A stretch of DNA of 64,000 nt from Obrimoposthia wandeli (GCA_977020255.1 CDROCS010002422.1:310001-374000); one strand, 5' to 3'. Shown: positions 50,444 to 61,492, counted from the stretch's first letter. Notes: generated by a model from the letters alone, not told the origin. Program-made: numbers and translations.

Positions 50444-51441
50444 TGCCTAGTTATATCATTAAACGCATTTTAACCATGATTCCAACACTGATTATTATCA
50501 GCATATTAGTCTTTATCATTATTCAGCTGCCCCCTGGTGATTATTTAGAAAGCCATATCGCTGAATTACAAAGCCAAGGTGAAAGTGTAGATCCACAAAA
50601 AATCGAGTTTTTACGTCATGAGTATGGTTTAGACAAACCTATCTGGGAACAGTATTTTGTGTGGGTAACCGGTTTTGTTCAAGGTGATTTAGGCTTCTCT
50701 TTTGAATACAATTTACCGGTGGCTGATGTCATCGGCGACAAAATGTGGCTAACAATTTTAGTTTCAATGTTCACCATCATACTCACCTGGTTAATTGCCT
50801 TTCCTATCGGCATGTACTCTGCCACCCACCCTTATAGTTGGAGTGATTACGGGCTAACCTTTTTAGGGTTTTTAGGTCTAGCAACCCCTAATTTTCTTTT
50901 AGCATTAGTGATGCTTTATTTAGCAAATCAATACTTTGGCACTTCTATTGGCGGTTTAATGGATAGCGAATATATCGATCAGCCTTGGAGTTTCGATAAA
51001 CTCAAATCAGTTATCGCTCATTTATGGATCCCTGTTATCGTGATAGGCACATCGGGAACGGCGGGGATGATCCGCCGCTTACGCGCTAACTTGTTAGATG
51101 AATTGCGCAAACCTTATGTCGTTACCGCAAGGGCTAAAGGCCTAGGCGAATTTAAACTATTAACCAAGTACCCACTGCGCCTTTCTCTTAACTTTTTTAT
51201 CTCTGATATTGGCAGCTTATTACCGAGTGTCATATCCGGTGCTGAAGTGGTTGCCGTAGTGTTATCGCTACCCACCACAGGTCCAATATTGCTGGCAGCA
51301 TTACAAAGCCAAGATATGTACTTAGCAGGATCGTTCTTAATGTTTTTAGCCATGTTAACCGTTGTAGGGGTATTAGTTTCAGACATTGCCTTAGCGATGC
51401 TAGACCCCCGAATTCGCTTACAAGGGGGAATGAAAAAATGA
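50443..51441 (+). CDS. DppB-type ABC permease
   Basis: YGLDKP, GDLGFSF, YVVTARAKGL. ORF track start is 50419; ATG at 50443. Confidence 0.92.
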   Translation: MPSYIIKRILTMIPTLIIISILVFIIIQLPPGDYLESHIAELQSQGESVDPQKIEFLRHEYGLDKPIWEQYFVWVTGFVQGDLGFSFEYNLPVADVIGDKMWLTILVSMFTIILTWLIAFPIGMYSATHPYSWSDYGLTFLGFLGLATPNFLLALVMLYLANQYFGTSIGGLMDSEYIDQPWSFDKLKSVIAHLWIPVIVIGTSGTAGMIRRLRANLLDELRKPYVVTARAKGLGEFKLLTKYPLRLSLNFFISDIGSLLPSVISGAEVVAVVLSLPTTGPILLAALQSQDMYLAGSFLMFLAMLTVVGVLVSDIALAMLDPRIRLQGGMKK

Positions 51442-52586
51442 ATAAGCATTGGGTCAGTGACAAACCTTTCAACCCTTACGCAACGGATGAGTTAACCCCG
51501 GCGCAAGAAAAATATTTTCTAGCTTCACAGTGGACGCTCATTTGGTGGAAGTTTAAAAAACACAAAATCGCAATGTTCTCAGGTATTTTATTAATAGTAA
51601 TTTACACCATCGCTTTTTTTGCGGAGTTTTTTGCCCCGTATGCACTTGAAACTCGTCACACTCAGAAAATTTACTCGCCTGCACAGCAAGTACACTTTTT
51701 TGATGAAGGAAAGCTGAGTGCACCTTTTGTTTACGGCTGGTCTTATAAACTCAATTTAGAAAAGCTAATACGTGAGTATGAAGAAGATAAAAGCCAAAAA
51801 TACCCGGTCAAGTTTTTCTGTGAGGGGGATAAATATGTACTGTGGGGGATGCTGAAGGCCTCTTCTCATCTTGTGTGTACTGACAGCCCTGGCACTTTAT
51901 TTTTGCTCGGTACTGACCGTTTAGGTCATGATATGCTATCGCGCATCATATATGGTGCACGTATCTCTCTAACCATTGGTCTTTTAGGTATCCTGCTTAG
52001 TTTTTCACTGGGTATTACATTAGGAGGTTTGGCGGGCTTTTACGGTGGCTGGATAGATAGCACCGTGCAAAGAACCACAGAAATCATTCGCTCGTTTCCT
52101 GAACTTCCGTTGTGGATGGCGCTTTCTGCACTGCTACCTCTTAGCTGGAGCCCTCTATGGATATTCTTTGGTATCACTCTTATTTTAGCCATGATGGACT
52201 GGACGGGGTTAGCGCGCGCTGTACGTGCCAAAATTTTATCGTTGCGCGAAGAAGACTACACTTCAGCCGCTATGCTGATGGGCGCAACGCCTGCTCGTGT
52301 CATTAAAAAGCATATGCTACCTAGTTTCTTCAGTCATCTAATTGCCTCTGCTTCACTGTCAATTCCGGCGATGATTTTAGGCGAAACTGCGCTGTCATTT
52401 TTAGGTTTAGGCCTGCGCCCTCCCATCACGAGTTGGGGAGTATTGCTTAATGAAGCACAAAATATTAATAACGTGGCCGTCTATCCTTGGCTAATGCTAC
52501 CGGTAGTACCCGTTATTCTGGTTATACTAGCTTTCAATTTCTTAGGTGATGGATTGCGTGATGCTGCCGACCCCTATAATCACTAA
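51438..52586 (+). CDS. DppC-type ABC permease
   Basis: LGTDRLGHDMLSR; ETALSFLGLG; FNFLGDGLRDA. Confidence 0.92.
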   Translation: MNKHWVSDKPFNPYATDELTPAQEKYFLASQWTLIWWKFKKHKIAMFSGILLIVIYTIAFFAEFFAPYALETRHTQKIYSPAQQVHFFDEGKLSAPFVYGWSYKLNLEKLIREYEEDKSQKYPVKFFCEGDKYVLWGMLKASSHLVCTDSPGTLFLLGTDRLGHDMLSRIIYGARISLTIGLLGILLSFSLGITLGGLAGFYGGWIDSTVQRTTEIIRSFPELPLWMALSALLPLSWSPLWIFFGITLILAMMDWTGLARAVRAKILSLREEDYTSAAMLMGATPARVIKKHMLPSFFSHLIASASLSIPAMILGETALSFLGLGLRPPITSWGVLLNEAQNINNVAVYPWLMLPVVPVILVILAFNFLGDGLRDAADPYNH

Positions 52587-52637
52587 TTGTGACATCGAGT
52601 AGTATTTAAGATAATTAATTGAGTTGAGAGAATAAAA

Positions 52638-53273
52638 ATGAATACTGAAACCTGGATTCTTTTCACTTTAACACTTTACGCTGTATCAATTATACCTGGC
52701 CCAAGCATGATGATTGCACTCACTCATGGCATGCGTTATGGAGCGAAAGCAACTCTCGCAACCGTGATAGGAAATACCTTAGCGTGCGCTTTGCAGACCA
52801 TTATCTCTATCGCGGGTTTAGGAGTGATCATTGCTACTTCGGGCAGCATCTTTCTTGCTATTAAGTATGCAGGGGCATTGTATTTAATTTATCTTGGGAT
52901 AAAGCTTTGGCGCAGCCCCTCTTGGGATATTCAGCCTCAAAACGCGCAACAACAAGCTGATGCGCCGCTAGGAAGTATGTTCAAACAAGGCTTTATTATT
53001 GCCGCTGGAAATCCTAAAGCGATTGTGTTTTTTAGCGCATTATTTCCACAGTTTATAAACCCTGAAACGATGACAAATGACTACAGCCAATATGCACTAG
53101 TTGTATTGACAACCTGTAGTAGTGCATTCTTTTGTGCATTGCTCTATGCAATCGGTGGTAATCAACTAGGCGTCATTTTCAAACGTCACAACTTTAGTAA
53201 AATACTCAATAAATTAACGGGCGGTTTTTTTGTAAACAGCGGTTTAGGTTTATTACTTTCAAGCCGTAGCTGA
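52638..53273 (+). CDS. LysE/RhtB-family exporter
   Basis: SIIPGPS; KYAGALYLIYLG; GNPKAIVFF. Confidence 0.9.
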   Translation: MNTETWILFTLTLYAVSIIPGPSMMIALTHGMRYGAKATLATVIGNTLACALQTIISIAGLGVIIATSGSIFLAIKYAGALYLIYLGIKLWRSPSWDIQPQNAQQQADAPLGSMFKQGFIIAAGNPKAIVFFSALFPQFINPETMTNDYSQYALVVLTTCSSAFFCALLYAIGGNQLGVIFKRHNFSKILNKLTGGFFVNSGLGLLLSSRS

Positions 53274-53351
53274 ATACTACACACCACGTAAACGAAACTA
53301 GAAATAATGAAACCGGTGAGTAAGCTGAATATTATGTAAACTATCCAGGTT

Positions 53352-54401
53352 TTAAGGAGGTGGACTTAGCATACTGCAGTTACGTCCACTGCTTTTCGCT
53401 TTTAATAGCGCTATATCTGCACGGTCAATACAGTCCATAATAGTATCACCTCCAAGATATTCAGCAATTCCCACACTAATAGTAACGTTTTGCTGATCAA
53501 ATCCTTTTTGCACAGCACTACGATAGCTTTCTGCCAAAATTAAGGCTTGCTTTACATTCGTTTCAGCCAGTAATACCACAAACTCTTCACCGCCATATCT
53601 TGCACACAGATCTGAAGCGCGTGTACGTAGCTTCAAACTATTAGCGACGTCGATTAACACCTTATCACCAGCAGAATGCCCATATTTATCATTAACTCGC
53701 TTAAAGTTATCGATATCTATCATTAATATCGAGAAGTGACCGTCATGACGCTGCGCTCTGCTTAATTCAATTTCACAGCTAGAGAGGAAAGCACGGCGAT
53801 TATATAAGCCGGTGAGATGATCAGTAATTGATAAGTTTCGCAAACGTTGTTCGCTCGCTTTTACAAAAAGTAAATTACTTCTCAATTTTAATAAGCTCAT
53901 CACTTGCCTAGCTAATGCTTGCAAATTGTTAATTTGCTCTAAACTAAGTGCGGTATGCGGTTTTGTATCAATCGCACACAAAGTACCGATTGCATGTCCC
54001 TCTTCATCTAGAAGAGGCACTCCAGCATAAAAACGTACATGAGGAGGGCTAGTTACCATACCAATATCAGCAACTAAAGGCTCTAAATGAGTATCTGGAA
54101 TAATAAGCGGTTCACTGCTCATGATTGCGCGTGAACAAATAGCAAAATTACGGGGCACTTCAATTAACTTAATATTGTAACGCGCTTTATGCCACTTTCT
54201 CTTACCATCAATAAAGGACACCATCGCTTTATCAACTCCGCACACAAATGCAGCCAACATGGCAATGTCATCGTATTCGCGCTCAGGTAAGGTGTCCATT
54301 ATGCGATAGGCATCTAAAGCTATTAAACGAGATTCTTCGTTCGCGGGTATCGGCATGTCACTCATAAAAACCTTCACGTGTATATTGGGCAAATTAGGCA
54401 A
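53352..54401 (-). CDS. GAF-GGDEF diguanylate cyclase
   Basis: N-terminal GAF (RFYAGVPL...GTLCAID); RYGGEEF active site with RxxD I-site; ATG 54365 is a likely start. Confidence 0.93.
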   Translation of the reverse strand: MPNLPNIHVKVFMSDMPIPANEESRLIALDAYRIMDTLPEREYDDIAMLAAFVCGVDKAMVSFIDGKRKWHKARYNIKLIEVPRNFAICSRAIMSSEPLIIPDTHLEPLVADIGMVTSPPHVRFYAGVPLLDEEGHAIGTLCAIDTKPHTALSLEQINNLQALARQVMSLLKLRSNLLFVKASEQRLRNLSITDHLTGLYNRRAFLSSCEIELSRAQRHDGHFSILMIDIDNFKRVNDKYGHSAGDKVLIDVANSLKLRTRASDLCARYGGEEFVVLLAETNVKQALILAESYRSAVQKGFDQQNVTISVGIAEYLGGDTIMDCIDRADIALLKAKSSGRNCSMLSPPP

Positions 54402-55001
54402 ACCAGCCCGAATTTGAAATTCTAATTTAAAGAAATAGCTCCCAAATATTTCGAATGCGTGCGCTTATAATGGAATGACTATCATATTTTTTGTCAATCC
54501 AGAATATCACTTAAATCATTGTCATGCTTGGAGAAAAAAGTCTACTTAGCAAGAGTATTATATTAAAATTTTTCCTTTAATAATTAAAACGAAAGTCACT
54601 GACTTTAAAACAGCTTCCTAATTCTATCATTAGCTTTCATCTAATTCCTCGGGATAAAGTAATACATTTCCAATTTAAAATAACTAAATTGTACATTTAG
54701 CATTTTTACTACTGACAGCAAACTAGTGAAATTACCTGCTATGACTATAGGTCCAGCTATGATTCTATCTGGCTTCAAGCTCAAAATGCACTTGCATTTA
54801 AGGCTTAAAAAAGTTTCAATGCGATGAATATTTTTAAAAATATTTTATACTTAAAATACTTTTAGTGTAATATGTCAGTTCTATCAGAACTGGTCGTGTA
54901 TTGAAGCGGTTAAACTTTCAATGCACTAAAGCTTCTTACTCTATGATATCTATAATAAAAAGGTTCAATCTCCGAGTTTTCTCAATATATCCTTACCAAG
55001 G

Positions 55002-55844
55002 ATGAATATTGCAATGAAAGAGATGTTCCACATAGGAGATTATTCCTTGATTAAGGTCGATGCTATTTCCAAGCATTTTGGCGGTGTACGAGCTATCGAT
55101 AATGTGAGTTTTGAAATCAAAAAAGGCTCTATTACTGGTTTGATTGGCCCTAACGGTGCCGGTAAAACGACGATGTTCAACACCATTGCTGGTCTACACA
55201 AACCCACCCACGGTCGCATTTTACTTGATGGCCAAGATATGGAAGGTTTAAGCCCTCACCAACTATTTGGTAAAGGCTTACTAAGAACTTTTCAATTAGC
55301 CCATGAATTCTCCACGATGACAGTGATAGAGAACCTTATGATGGTTCCCCCTAACCAATTGGGAGAGAGCTTGGCGAACACTTGGTTTCGCCGCAGTGCG
55401 ATCAAAGTGCAAGAGCGTGAAATACGCCAAAAGGCTGAAGAGGTCATTGAATTTCTTAAGATTAGCCATGTTGCACACGAATTAGCTGGCAACCTATCTG
55501 GCGGCCAAAAAAAGCTACTTGAGCTGGGCCGTACTATGATGGTTGATGCGAAAATCGTCTTGCTCGATGAAGTGGGTGCAGGTGTTAACCGTACTTTGCT
55601 TGGAGAAATTGGCGATGCCATTATCAAACTCAACAAAGAACGCGGTTATACCTTTTGCATGATTGAACACGATATGGATTTTATATCACGCCTTTGTGAC
55701 CCTGTTATAGTAATGGCTGACGGTAAAATACTAGCTCAAGGTACTGCAGCAGAAGTGACCAGTAGCGAAACAGTTATTGAAGCGTATCTTGGTACTGGCT
55801 TGAAGAATAAAGATTTGAATAAAACAACGGGAGGCCAAGTATGA
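55002..55844 (+). CDS. livG: Branched-chain amino acid-type ABC ATPase
   Basis: GPNGAGKT, LSGGQKK, IEHDM. Confidence 0.88.
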   Translation: MNIAMKEMFHIGDYSLIKVDAISKHFGGVRAIDNVSFEIKKGSITGLIGPNGAGKTTMFNTIAGLHKPTHGRILLDGQDMEGLSPHQLFGKGLLRTFQLAHEFSTMTVIENLMMVPPNQLGESLANTWFRRSAIKVQEREIRQKAEEVIEFLKISHVAHELAGNLSGGQKKLLELGRTMMVDAKIVLLDEVGAGVNRTLLGEIGDAIIKLNKERGYTFCMIEHDMDFISRLCDPVIVMADGKILAQGTAAEVTSSETVIEAYLGTGLKNKDLNKTTGGQV

Positions 55845-56545
55845 GTTTCTTAGTTGGTAAAAATTTATCGGGCGGTTACGGTGGCCCCGATATTTTAAAA
55901 GGCTGCAACATCGAAGTTGATAAAGGCGAAGTGGCGGTTATTGTTGGCCCTAACGGCGCTGGCAAATCAACGGCAATGAAGGCATTCCTAGGGATGCTTA
56001 ATATGACAGGCGGTACAATCACCTTAGGTGATACTGATATTATCAAGATGTCGCCACAAGAACGTGTAAAGCAAGGCATTGGCTTTGTTCCACAAACCCA
56101 TAACGTCTTTACCAGCATGACCGTTGAAGAGAACTTGGAGATGGGTGCTTTTATTCGTGACGACGACATCTGTGGCACTATCGAAGAAATTTATGAGCTA
56201 TTCCCAATTCTCAAGCAAAAGCGTTTACAAGCTGCAGGAGAGCTCTCAGGTGGCCAGCGCCAGCAAGTAGCCGTCGGTCGCGCAATGATGACCCGCCCTT
56301 CTGTACTAATGCTTGATGAACCTACTGCCGGTGTATCTCCCATTGTTATGGATGAGTTATTTGATCGCATTTTAGAAGTAAAATCTAAAGGTGTTGCGGT
56401 ATTAATGGTTGAGCAAAATGCCCGTCAAGCGTTAGAAATAGCAGATAAAGGCTATGTTTTGGTAATGGGCGAAAACCGCTATACCGGTACCGGTGCTGAA
56501 CTATTAGCAGATGCTGAAGTTCGTAAATCATTCCTAGGGGGATAG
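55841..56545 (+). CDS. livF: Branched-chain amino acid-type ABC ATPase
   Basis: GPNGAGKS, LSGGQRQ, VEQNA. Confidence 0.88.
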   Translation: MSFLVGKNLSGGYGGPDILKGCNIEVDKGEVAVIVGPNGAGKSTAMKAFLGMLNMTGGTITLGDTDIIKMSPQERVKQGIGFVPQTHNVFTSMTVEENLEMGAFIRDDDICGTIEEIYELFPILKQKRLQAAGELSGGQRQQVAVGRAMMTRPSVLMLDEPTAGVSPIVMDELFDRILEVKSKGVAVLMVEQNARQALEIADKGYVLVMGENRYTGTGAELLADAEVRKSFLGG

Positions 56546-56548
56546 ACA

Positions 56549-57571
56549 ATGCCTGAATATATCGACATTTTAAATGCCCTAGTACTGATGACTAACTACG
56601 TCATCTTACCGGCGTTAACATATGGATCGCAGCTCGCACTAGGCGCCCTTGGGGTAACTTTAGTGTTTGGCATTTTGCGTTTTTCTAACTTTGCACACGG
56701 CGATACCATGGCCTTTGGCGCGATGGTAACCATCCTCGTGACTTGGTTCATGCAATCGATTGGCATTTCTTTCGGTCCGCTGCCAACCGCGTTATTGGCA
56801 CTACCTTTTGGTATTGCCGCCACTGCTGGTTTCGTGTTGCTAACCGATAAAGTGGTTTATAAACACTATCGCGGTATCGGCGCAAAACCTATTACTTTTG
56901 TGATGGTTTCTGTCGGCGTAATGTTCATCATGAACGGTTTAGTGCGCTTTGTGATTGGCCCAGGTGATCAGCGCTTTGCCGACGGAGCACGCTTTATTTT
57001 TAAAGCGCGTGAATTTAAAGACTGGAGTGGTTTAGATCAAGGGCTTGCCTTGCGTAGCTCTCAGGTCATCACTATTGTCATCGCTATCTTACTAGTGACT
57101 GCGCTTTTTTGGTTTTTACAAAAGACCAAAACAGGTAAAGCGATGCGCGCGTTTTCTGATAACGAAAACTTAGCATTGCTCTCTGGTATTGACCCTGACA
57201 AAATCGTGCGTATCACTTGGATTTTAGCAGCGGTACTGGCCACTGTTGCCGGTGTCCTTTACGGATTGGATAAGAGCTTCAAGCCTTTCGTCTACTTTCA
57301 ATTGCTACTGCCTATTTTCGCTGCGGCTATTGTTGGTGGTTTAGGTAAGCCGATCGGTGCTATCGCCGGTGGTTTCATCATCGCTTTCTCTGAAGTGGCC
57401 GTAACATACGTTTATAAGAAGTTTTTAATCTATCTCTTACCTGAGAGTATGGAGCCCGAAAGTTTAATGCAGCTACTGGCAACTGAGTACAAATTTGCAG
57501 TGTCGTTTGTCATCCTGGTACTAGTGTTACTCGTTAAACCCACCGGCTTATTTAAGGGGAAAGTAGTATGA
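56549..57571 (+). CDS. livH: Branched-chain amino acid-type ABC permease
   Basis: FSNFAHG; GKAMRAFSDN...LSGID. Confidence 0.88.
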   Translation: MPEYIDILNALVLMTNYVILPALTYGSQLALGALGVTLVFGILRFSNFAHGDTMAFGAMVTILVTWFMQSIGISFGPLPTALLALPFGIAATAGFVLLTDKVVYKHYRGIGAKPITFVMVSVGVMFIMNGLVRFVIGPGDQRFADGARFIFKAREFKDWSGLDQGLALRSSQVITIVIAILLVTALFWFLQKTKTGKAMRAFSDNENLALLSGIDPDKIVRITWILAAVLATVAGVLYGLDKSFKPFVYFQLLLPIFAAAIVGGLGKPIGAIAGGFIIAFSEVAVTYVYKKFLIYLLPESMEPESLMQLLATEYKFAVSFVILVLVLLVKPTGLFKGKVV

Positions 57572-58947
57572 GTATGTTCAACAACCTTACCTTACGCCCT
57601 TATCTAGTGTTCGGCATTATGGCGGCTTTGCTGACCTTCGTTGGGTTAACGCAATCTTGGGGTGTTTCTTTAACCATTTTTAATATGTGTATTATCTCGG
57701 CGATTATGACCTTAGGTGTCAACATTCAGTGGGGATACGCAGGTCTTTTCAACGTTGGCATCATGGGCTTTTGCGCCTTAGGTGGTGCCGCGGCTGTGCT
57801 GGTTTCTAAAGCGCCTGTTGGCGAGGCTTGGAGTGTTGGCGGTAGTGGCATGGCACTGGCTTTACTTAGCTTAGTTGGCGGTATTTGCTTCGTTTACATG
57901 CTGCACAAGCTCTGGGGCAAACGCCCTCTGCGCAACACAGTGACGTTCTTTGCAGCGTTAGGTGTGTATTTCTTGGCTCGTCATTTCTACGACCCAGCCA
58001 GCGCGGCGATCGAAGCGGTAAACCCTGCAAAAACAGGTTATTTAGGTGGCATGGGCTTACCTATTATTTTCTCATGGCTGGTAGGTGGTTTATTCGCCGC
58101 TGGCGCCGCTTGGTTTATCGGCAAAATCACTTTAGGTTTGCGCACGGATTATTTAGCCATCGCCACTTTAGGTATAGCTGAGATTGTGGTCGCTTTGTTA
58201 AAGAACGAAGATTGGTTAACAAGGGGCGCTAAGAACGTTACCGGCTTACCACGCCCAGTGCCTTTTGAACTAGACTTGCAACAAACTAGCTGGTTTGTCG
58301 ATCTTGTTAGCCGTTTAAATGCAGACGCTTTAGCCGCACTAGCCGGCGATGAGCGCACTGCTATGCTGAAAACATTAGTGATGGATTTCTCTGGCATCTT
58401 TGTAAAACTGTGTTATGCCGGATTGTTTAGCATGGTTTTGATTGTGCTATTCATGTTGTGTCAGCTCGCTTTAAATTCTCCTTGGGGACGCATGGTTCGC
58501 GCAATTCGTGATAACGAAACCGCAGCCGCCGCTATGGGTAAAGACATTAAAGCGCGCCATTTACAAATTTTTGTGCTTGGATCAGCAGTCGTCGGTATTG
58601 CCGGTGCCATGATGACTACCTTAGATGGCCAGTTTACGCCTGGAACCTACAACCCACTGCGCTACACTTTCTTAATTTGGGTAATGGTTATTGTCGGTGG
58701 ATCAGGTAATAACTTAGGTTCAATACTGGGCGGTTTCTTAGTTTGGTTTATTTGGATCGAAGCTGAACCGATGGGCACATGGTTGATGAGCGTGATTACC
58801 TCAGGATTAGATCCTGCGAGCGACATAAGAGCACATTTATTGGGAAGTGCACAATACATGCGCTTAATGGTGATGGGCACGGTGTTGATCTTAGTCATGC
58901 GCTATACCCCCGGTGGAGTATTGCCTGAGAAATCAGGCCATAACTGA
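57568..58947 (+). CDS. livM: Branched-chain amino acid-type ABC permease
   Basis: WGYAGLFNVG; LRTDYLAIATLG; SPWGRMVRAIRDN. Confidence 0.88.
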   Translation: MSMFNNLTLRPYLVFGIMAALLTFVGLTQSWGVSLTIFNMCIISAIMTLGVNIQWGYAGLFNVGIMGFCALGGAAAVLVSKAPVGEAWSVGGSGMALALLSLVGGICFVYMLHKLWGKRPLRNTVTFFAALGVYFLARHFYDPASAAIEAVNPAKTGYLGGMGLPIIFSWLVGGLFAAGAAWFIGKITLGLRTDYLAIATLGIAEIVVALLKNEDWLTRGAKNVTGLPRPVPFELDLQQTSWFVDLVSRLNADALAALAGDERTAMLKTLVMDFSGIFVKLCYAGLFSMVLIVLFMLCQLALNSPWGRMVRAIRDNETAAAAMGKDIKARHLQIFVLGSAVVGIAGAMMTTLDGQFTPGTYNPLRYTFLIWVMVIVGGSGNNLGSILGGFLVWFIWIEAEPMGTWLMSVITSGLDPASDIRAHLLGSAQYMRLMVMGTVLILVMRYTPGGVLPEKSGHN

Positions 58948-59226
58948 TTTTAATCTATCAGATTCTAGCCACTTGTAGTAATTAAGACTTTGTGTGTTTT
59001 GCAATCGGTTCTCAATCGCCGTTTGCAACACTCATTTACCAAGAATTAAAAACGAGAATATAAAAAACAGGCCACTTTAATAATATAAGTGGCGCTTGTT
59101 ACCTTTAACCTCTGTTTTTTAATTGCAGTCTATGTAAAACTCCATGACTGTATAATAAAACTAAAAATCGATGATTATCTATAGCGTGAATTACAGATAA
59201 TACATTGTTAAATTTGGAGATTACTA

Positions 59227-60420
59227 ATGAAAAAGCATCTTTTAGCTGTAGCACTTACAGCAGCAATGGCGACAACTGGCTTCGCAAATGCAGGCGAGAC
59301 CATCAAAGTAGGCGTTATTTTAGGTTTCACAGGCCCAATTGAATCTTTAACACCCGATATGGGCGCTTCTGCAGAGCTAGCTTTTAAAGAAGCATCTGAT
59401 TCTGGCATGTTATTAAGCGGCAGCACTATTGTTCCTGTTCGTGCTGACTCTACTTGTGTTGATGCATCAGCCGCGACTGCTGCTGCAGAGCGTTTAATCA
59501 CGTCAGACAAAGTAGTAGCTATCATGGGCGCAGATTGCTCAGGTGTTACCACTGCCATCGCAAACTCTGTTGCAATACCAAAAGGTGTTGTGATGGTATC
59601 TCCATCAGCCACCACTCCAGCGCTAACTTCAATTGAAGATAAAGGCTTTTTCTTTCGCACAGCACCTTCGGATGCTCGCCAAGGTCAAGTATTAGCTGAT
59701 GCTGTCATTGAAGGTGGAATTAAAAACATCGCTGTCACTTACACTAACAATGATTACGGTAAAGGTTTATCAGATTCTTTTGTTGCCGCTTTTAAAGCAC
59801 ATGGCGGAAAAGTATCAATTGTAGCGGCACATGAAGATGGCAAAGCAGATTACTCTGCTGAAGTTGCTGCATTAGCGGCATCAGGCGCTGAACAACTAGC
59901 GGTACTTGGTTACTTAGATCAAGGTGGTAAAGGTATCATTCAAGCATCTATCGATACTGGTGCTTTTGAAACTTTTGCGCTAGGCGATGGCATGATTGGT
60001 CAATCTCTAGTTGATGCTTTTGGTAAAGACATGGTAAACACCATTGGTACTTCACCAGGCGGCGCTAGCGATGCTGGCGATAAGTTCGTTAAGATAGCTA
60101 AAGCTAACAAAATTGGCGGTGAAGGCCCATATGATGGAACTTCTTACGATGCTGGCGCACTTATCGCTCTAGCAATCCAAGCAGGAAACTCTGCTGATCG
60201 CGCTTCAATCCAAGCAAATATGATGGCTGTTGCCAATGCACCAGGTACTAAAATTTATCCTGGTGAAATCAAGAAAGCACTGGAAATTTTAGCTAAAGGC
60301 GGCGAAGTAGATTACGTTGGCGCAACTAACATCGAGTTCAACGATGTGGGCGAAGTATTTGGTACTTACAAGCAATTAGAAATTAAAGACAACAAGTTCT
60401 CTCTTGTAAAAGTTCGTTAA
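59227..60420 (+). CDS. LivK/LivJ-type ABC substrate-binding protein
   Basis: Signal peptide ending ANA; SPSAT; FFRTAPSD; NNDYG. Confidence 0.92.
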   Translation: MKKHLLAVALTAAMATTGFANAGETIKVGVILGFTGPIESLTPDMGASAELAFKEASDSGMLLSGSTIVPVRADSTCVDASAATAAAERLITSDKVVAIMGADCSGVTTAIANSVAIPKGVVMVSPSATTPALTSIEDKGFFFRTAPSDARQGQVLADAVIEGGIKNIAVTYTNNDYGKGLSDSFVAAFKAHGGKVSIVAAHEDGKADYSAEVAALAASGAEQLAVLGYLDQGGKGIIQASIDTGAFETFALGDGMIGQSLVDAFGKDMVNTIGTSPGGASDAGDKFVKIAKANKIGGEGPYDGTSYDAGALIALAIQAGNSADRASIQANMMAVANAPGTKIYPGEIKKALEILAKGGEVDYVGATNIEFNDVGEVFGTYKQLEIKDNKFSLVKVR

Positions 60421-60460
60421 TATTGCTTTAGCTACACTTTAACCCTTTATAGGTTAATCA

Positions 60461-60492
60461 AAAAAAGCCAGTATTTTGATACTGGCTTTTTT
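60461..60492. terminator. Bidirectional intrinsic terminator
   Basis: AAAAAAGCCAGTAT-TTTG-ATACTGGCTTTTTT. Confidence 0.85.
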
Positions 60493-60537
60493 GTTCGTGC
60501 TACTTAATTTTTTGTAAGCAAAACCGAGGAGAGACAC

Positions 60538-61434
60538 TTGAATCGTGTTGATAATTTTAAAGCTGCGTTAATCATGATGCTATCCATGGCTTTGTTTACG
60601 ATAGGTGATGCGCTAATTAAATTCCTGAGTGATGACTTAGCCGTTGGTCAAATTTTATTTTTAAGAGGCGCGCTAGTTTGCATACTCTTTACCTTATTAC
60701 TGAAGTTCAAAAAACAGCAAATATTTCCTCGAGAAGGCTGGAACCGCTGGAATTTGCTGCGTGCATTTTTTGAACTATCTGTAGCATGCTTCTATTTAAC
60801 AGGTCTTATCTTACTCCCTTTAGCGACCGCTGTTATCTTAGTCTTTTCTGGGCCTATTATGCTCACTATCTTAGCCGCTGTTATTTTAAAAGAAAAAGTA
60901 GGTTGGAGACGCTGGAGCGCTGTAATCATTGGCTTTGTCGGTGTCATTTTTGTAGCCGATTTACAACAGGCATCGCTGTCTTCTTGGGCGGTATTGCTAC
61001 CATTATTTGCAGCGTTTTTAACGGCACTGCGCGATATTTTTATGCGCAATATTCCCAATGTACTCTCTTCAACCCAAGTAGCTTTTACCACCGCATGGGT
61101 CGTAACACTTGGCGGTTTAGCAACACTGCCCTTTGGCTGGAAAACGGTCACGGCTGAACACTTAGGTTGGTTATCACTTGCCAGTATTTTTATTATGGCC
61201 GCCTATCTTACTTATATTATTACTACACGAATTGGCGAGTTATCCTTTATAGCCCCTTTTAAATACACTTCTATCCCACTCGCTATGTTGATGGGCTATC
61301 TAGTTTGGGGCGATGTTCCATCCCTCAACTCTTATATAGGCACCGCTATTATTGTTATTTCAGGAATGTTTATTTTAGTGCGCAGTGGTAAGAAGAAGAA
61401 ACCGAAAAATGAAGATTTAGCGCAAGACGTATAA
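60538..61434 (+). CDS. DMT/EamA-family transporter
   Basis: Ten hydrophobic segments; LKEKVGWRRW; APFKY. Confidence 0.9.
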   Translation: MNRVDNFKAALIMMLSMALFTIGDALIKFLSDDLAVGQILFLRGALVCILFTLLLKFKKQQIFPREGWNRWNLLRAFFELSVACFYLTGLILLPLATAVILVFSGPIMLTILAAVILKEKVGWRRWSAVIIGFVGVIFVADLQQASLSSWAVLLPLFAAFLTALRDIFMRNIPNVLSSTQVAFTTAWVVTLGGLATLPFGWKTVTAEHLGWLSLASIFIMAAYLTYIITTRIGELSFIAPFKYTSIPLAMLMGYLVWGDVPSLNSYIGTAIIVISGMFILVRSGKKKKPKNEDLAQDV

Positions 61435-61454
61435 CGCTACTGTTTTAGAAATGG

Positions 61455-61492
61455 CTTGAACTTTAAGTTAATACAATTACTTAAAGTTCAAG
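61455..61492. terminator. 14-bp hairpin between convergent genes
   Basis: CTTGAACTTTAAGT / ACTTAAAGTTCAAG with a 10-nt loop. Confidence 0.55.
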
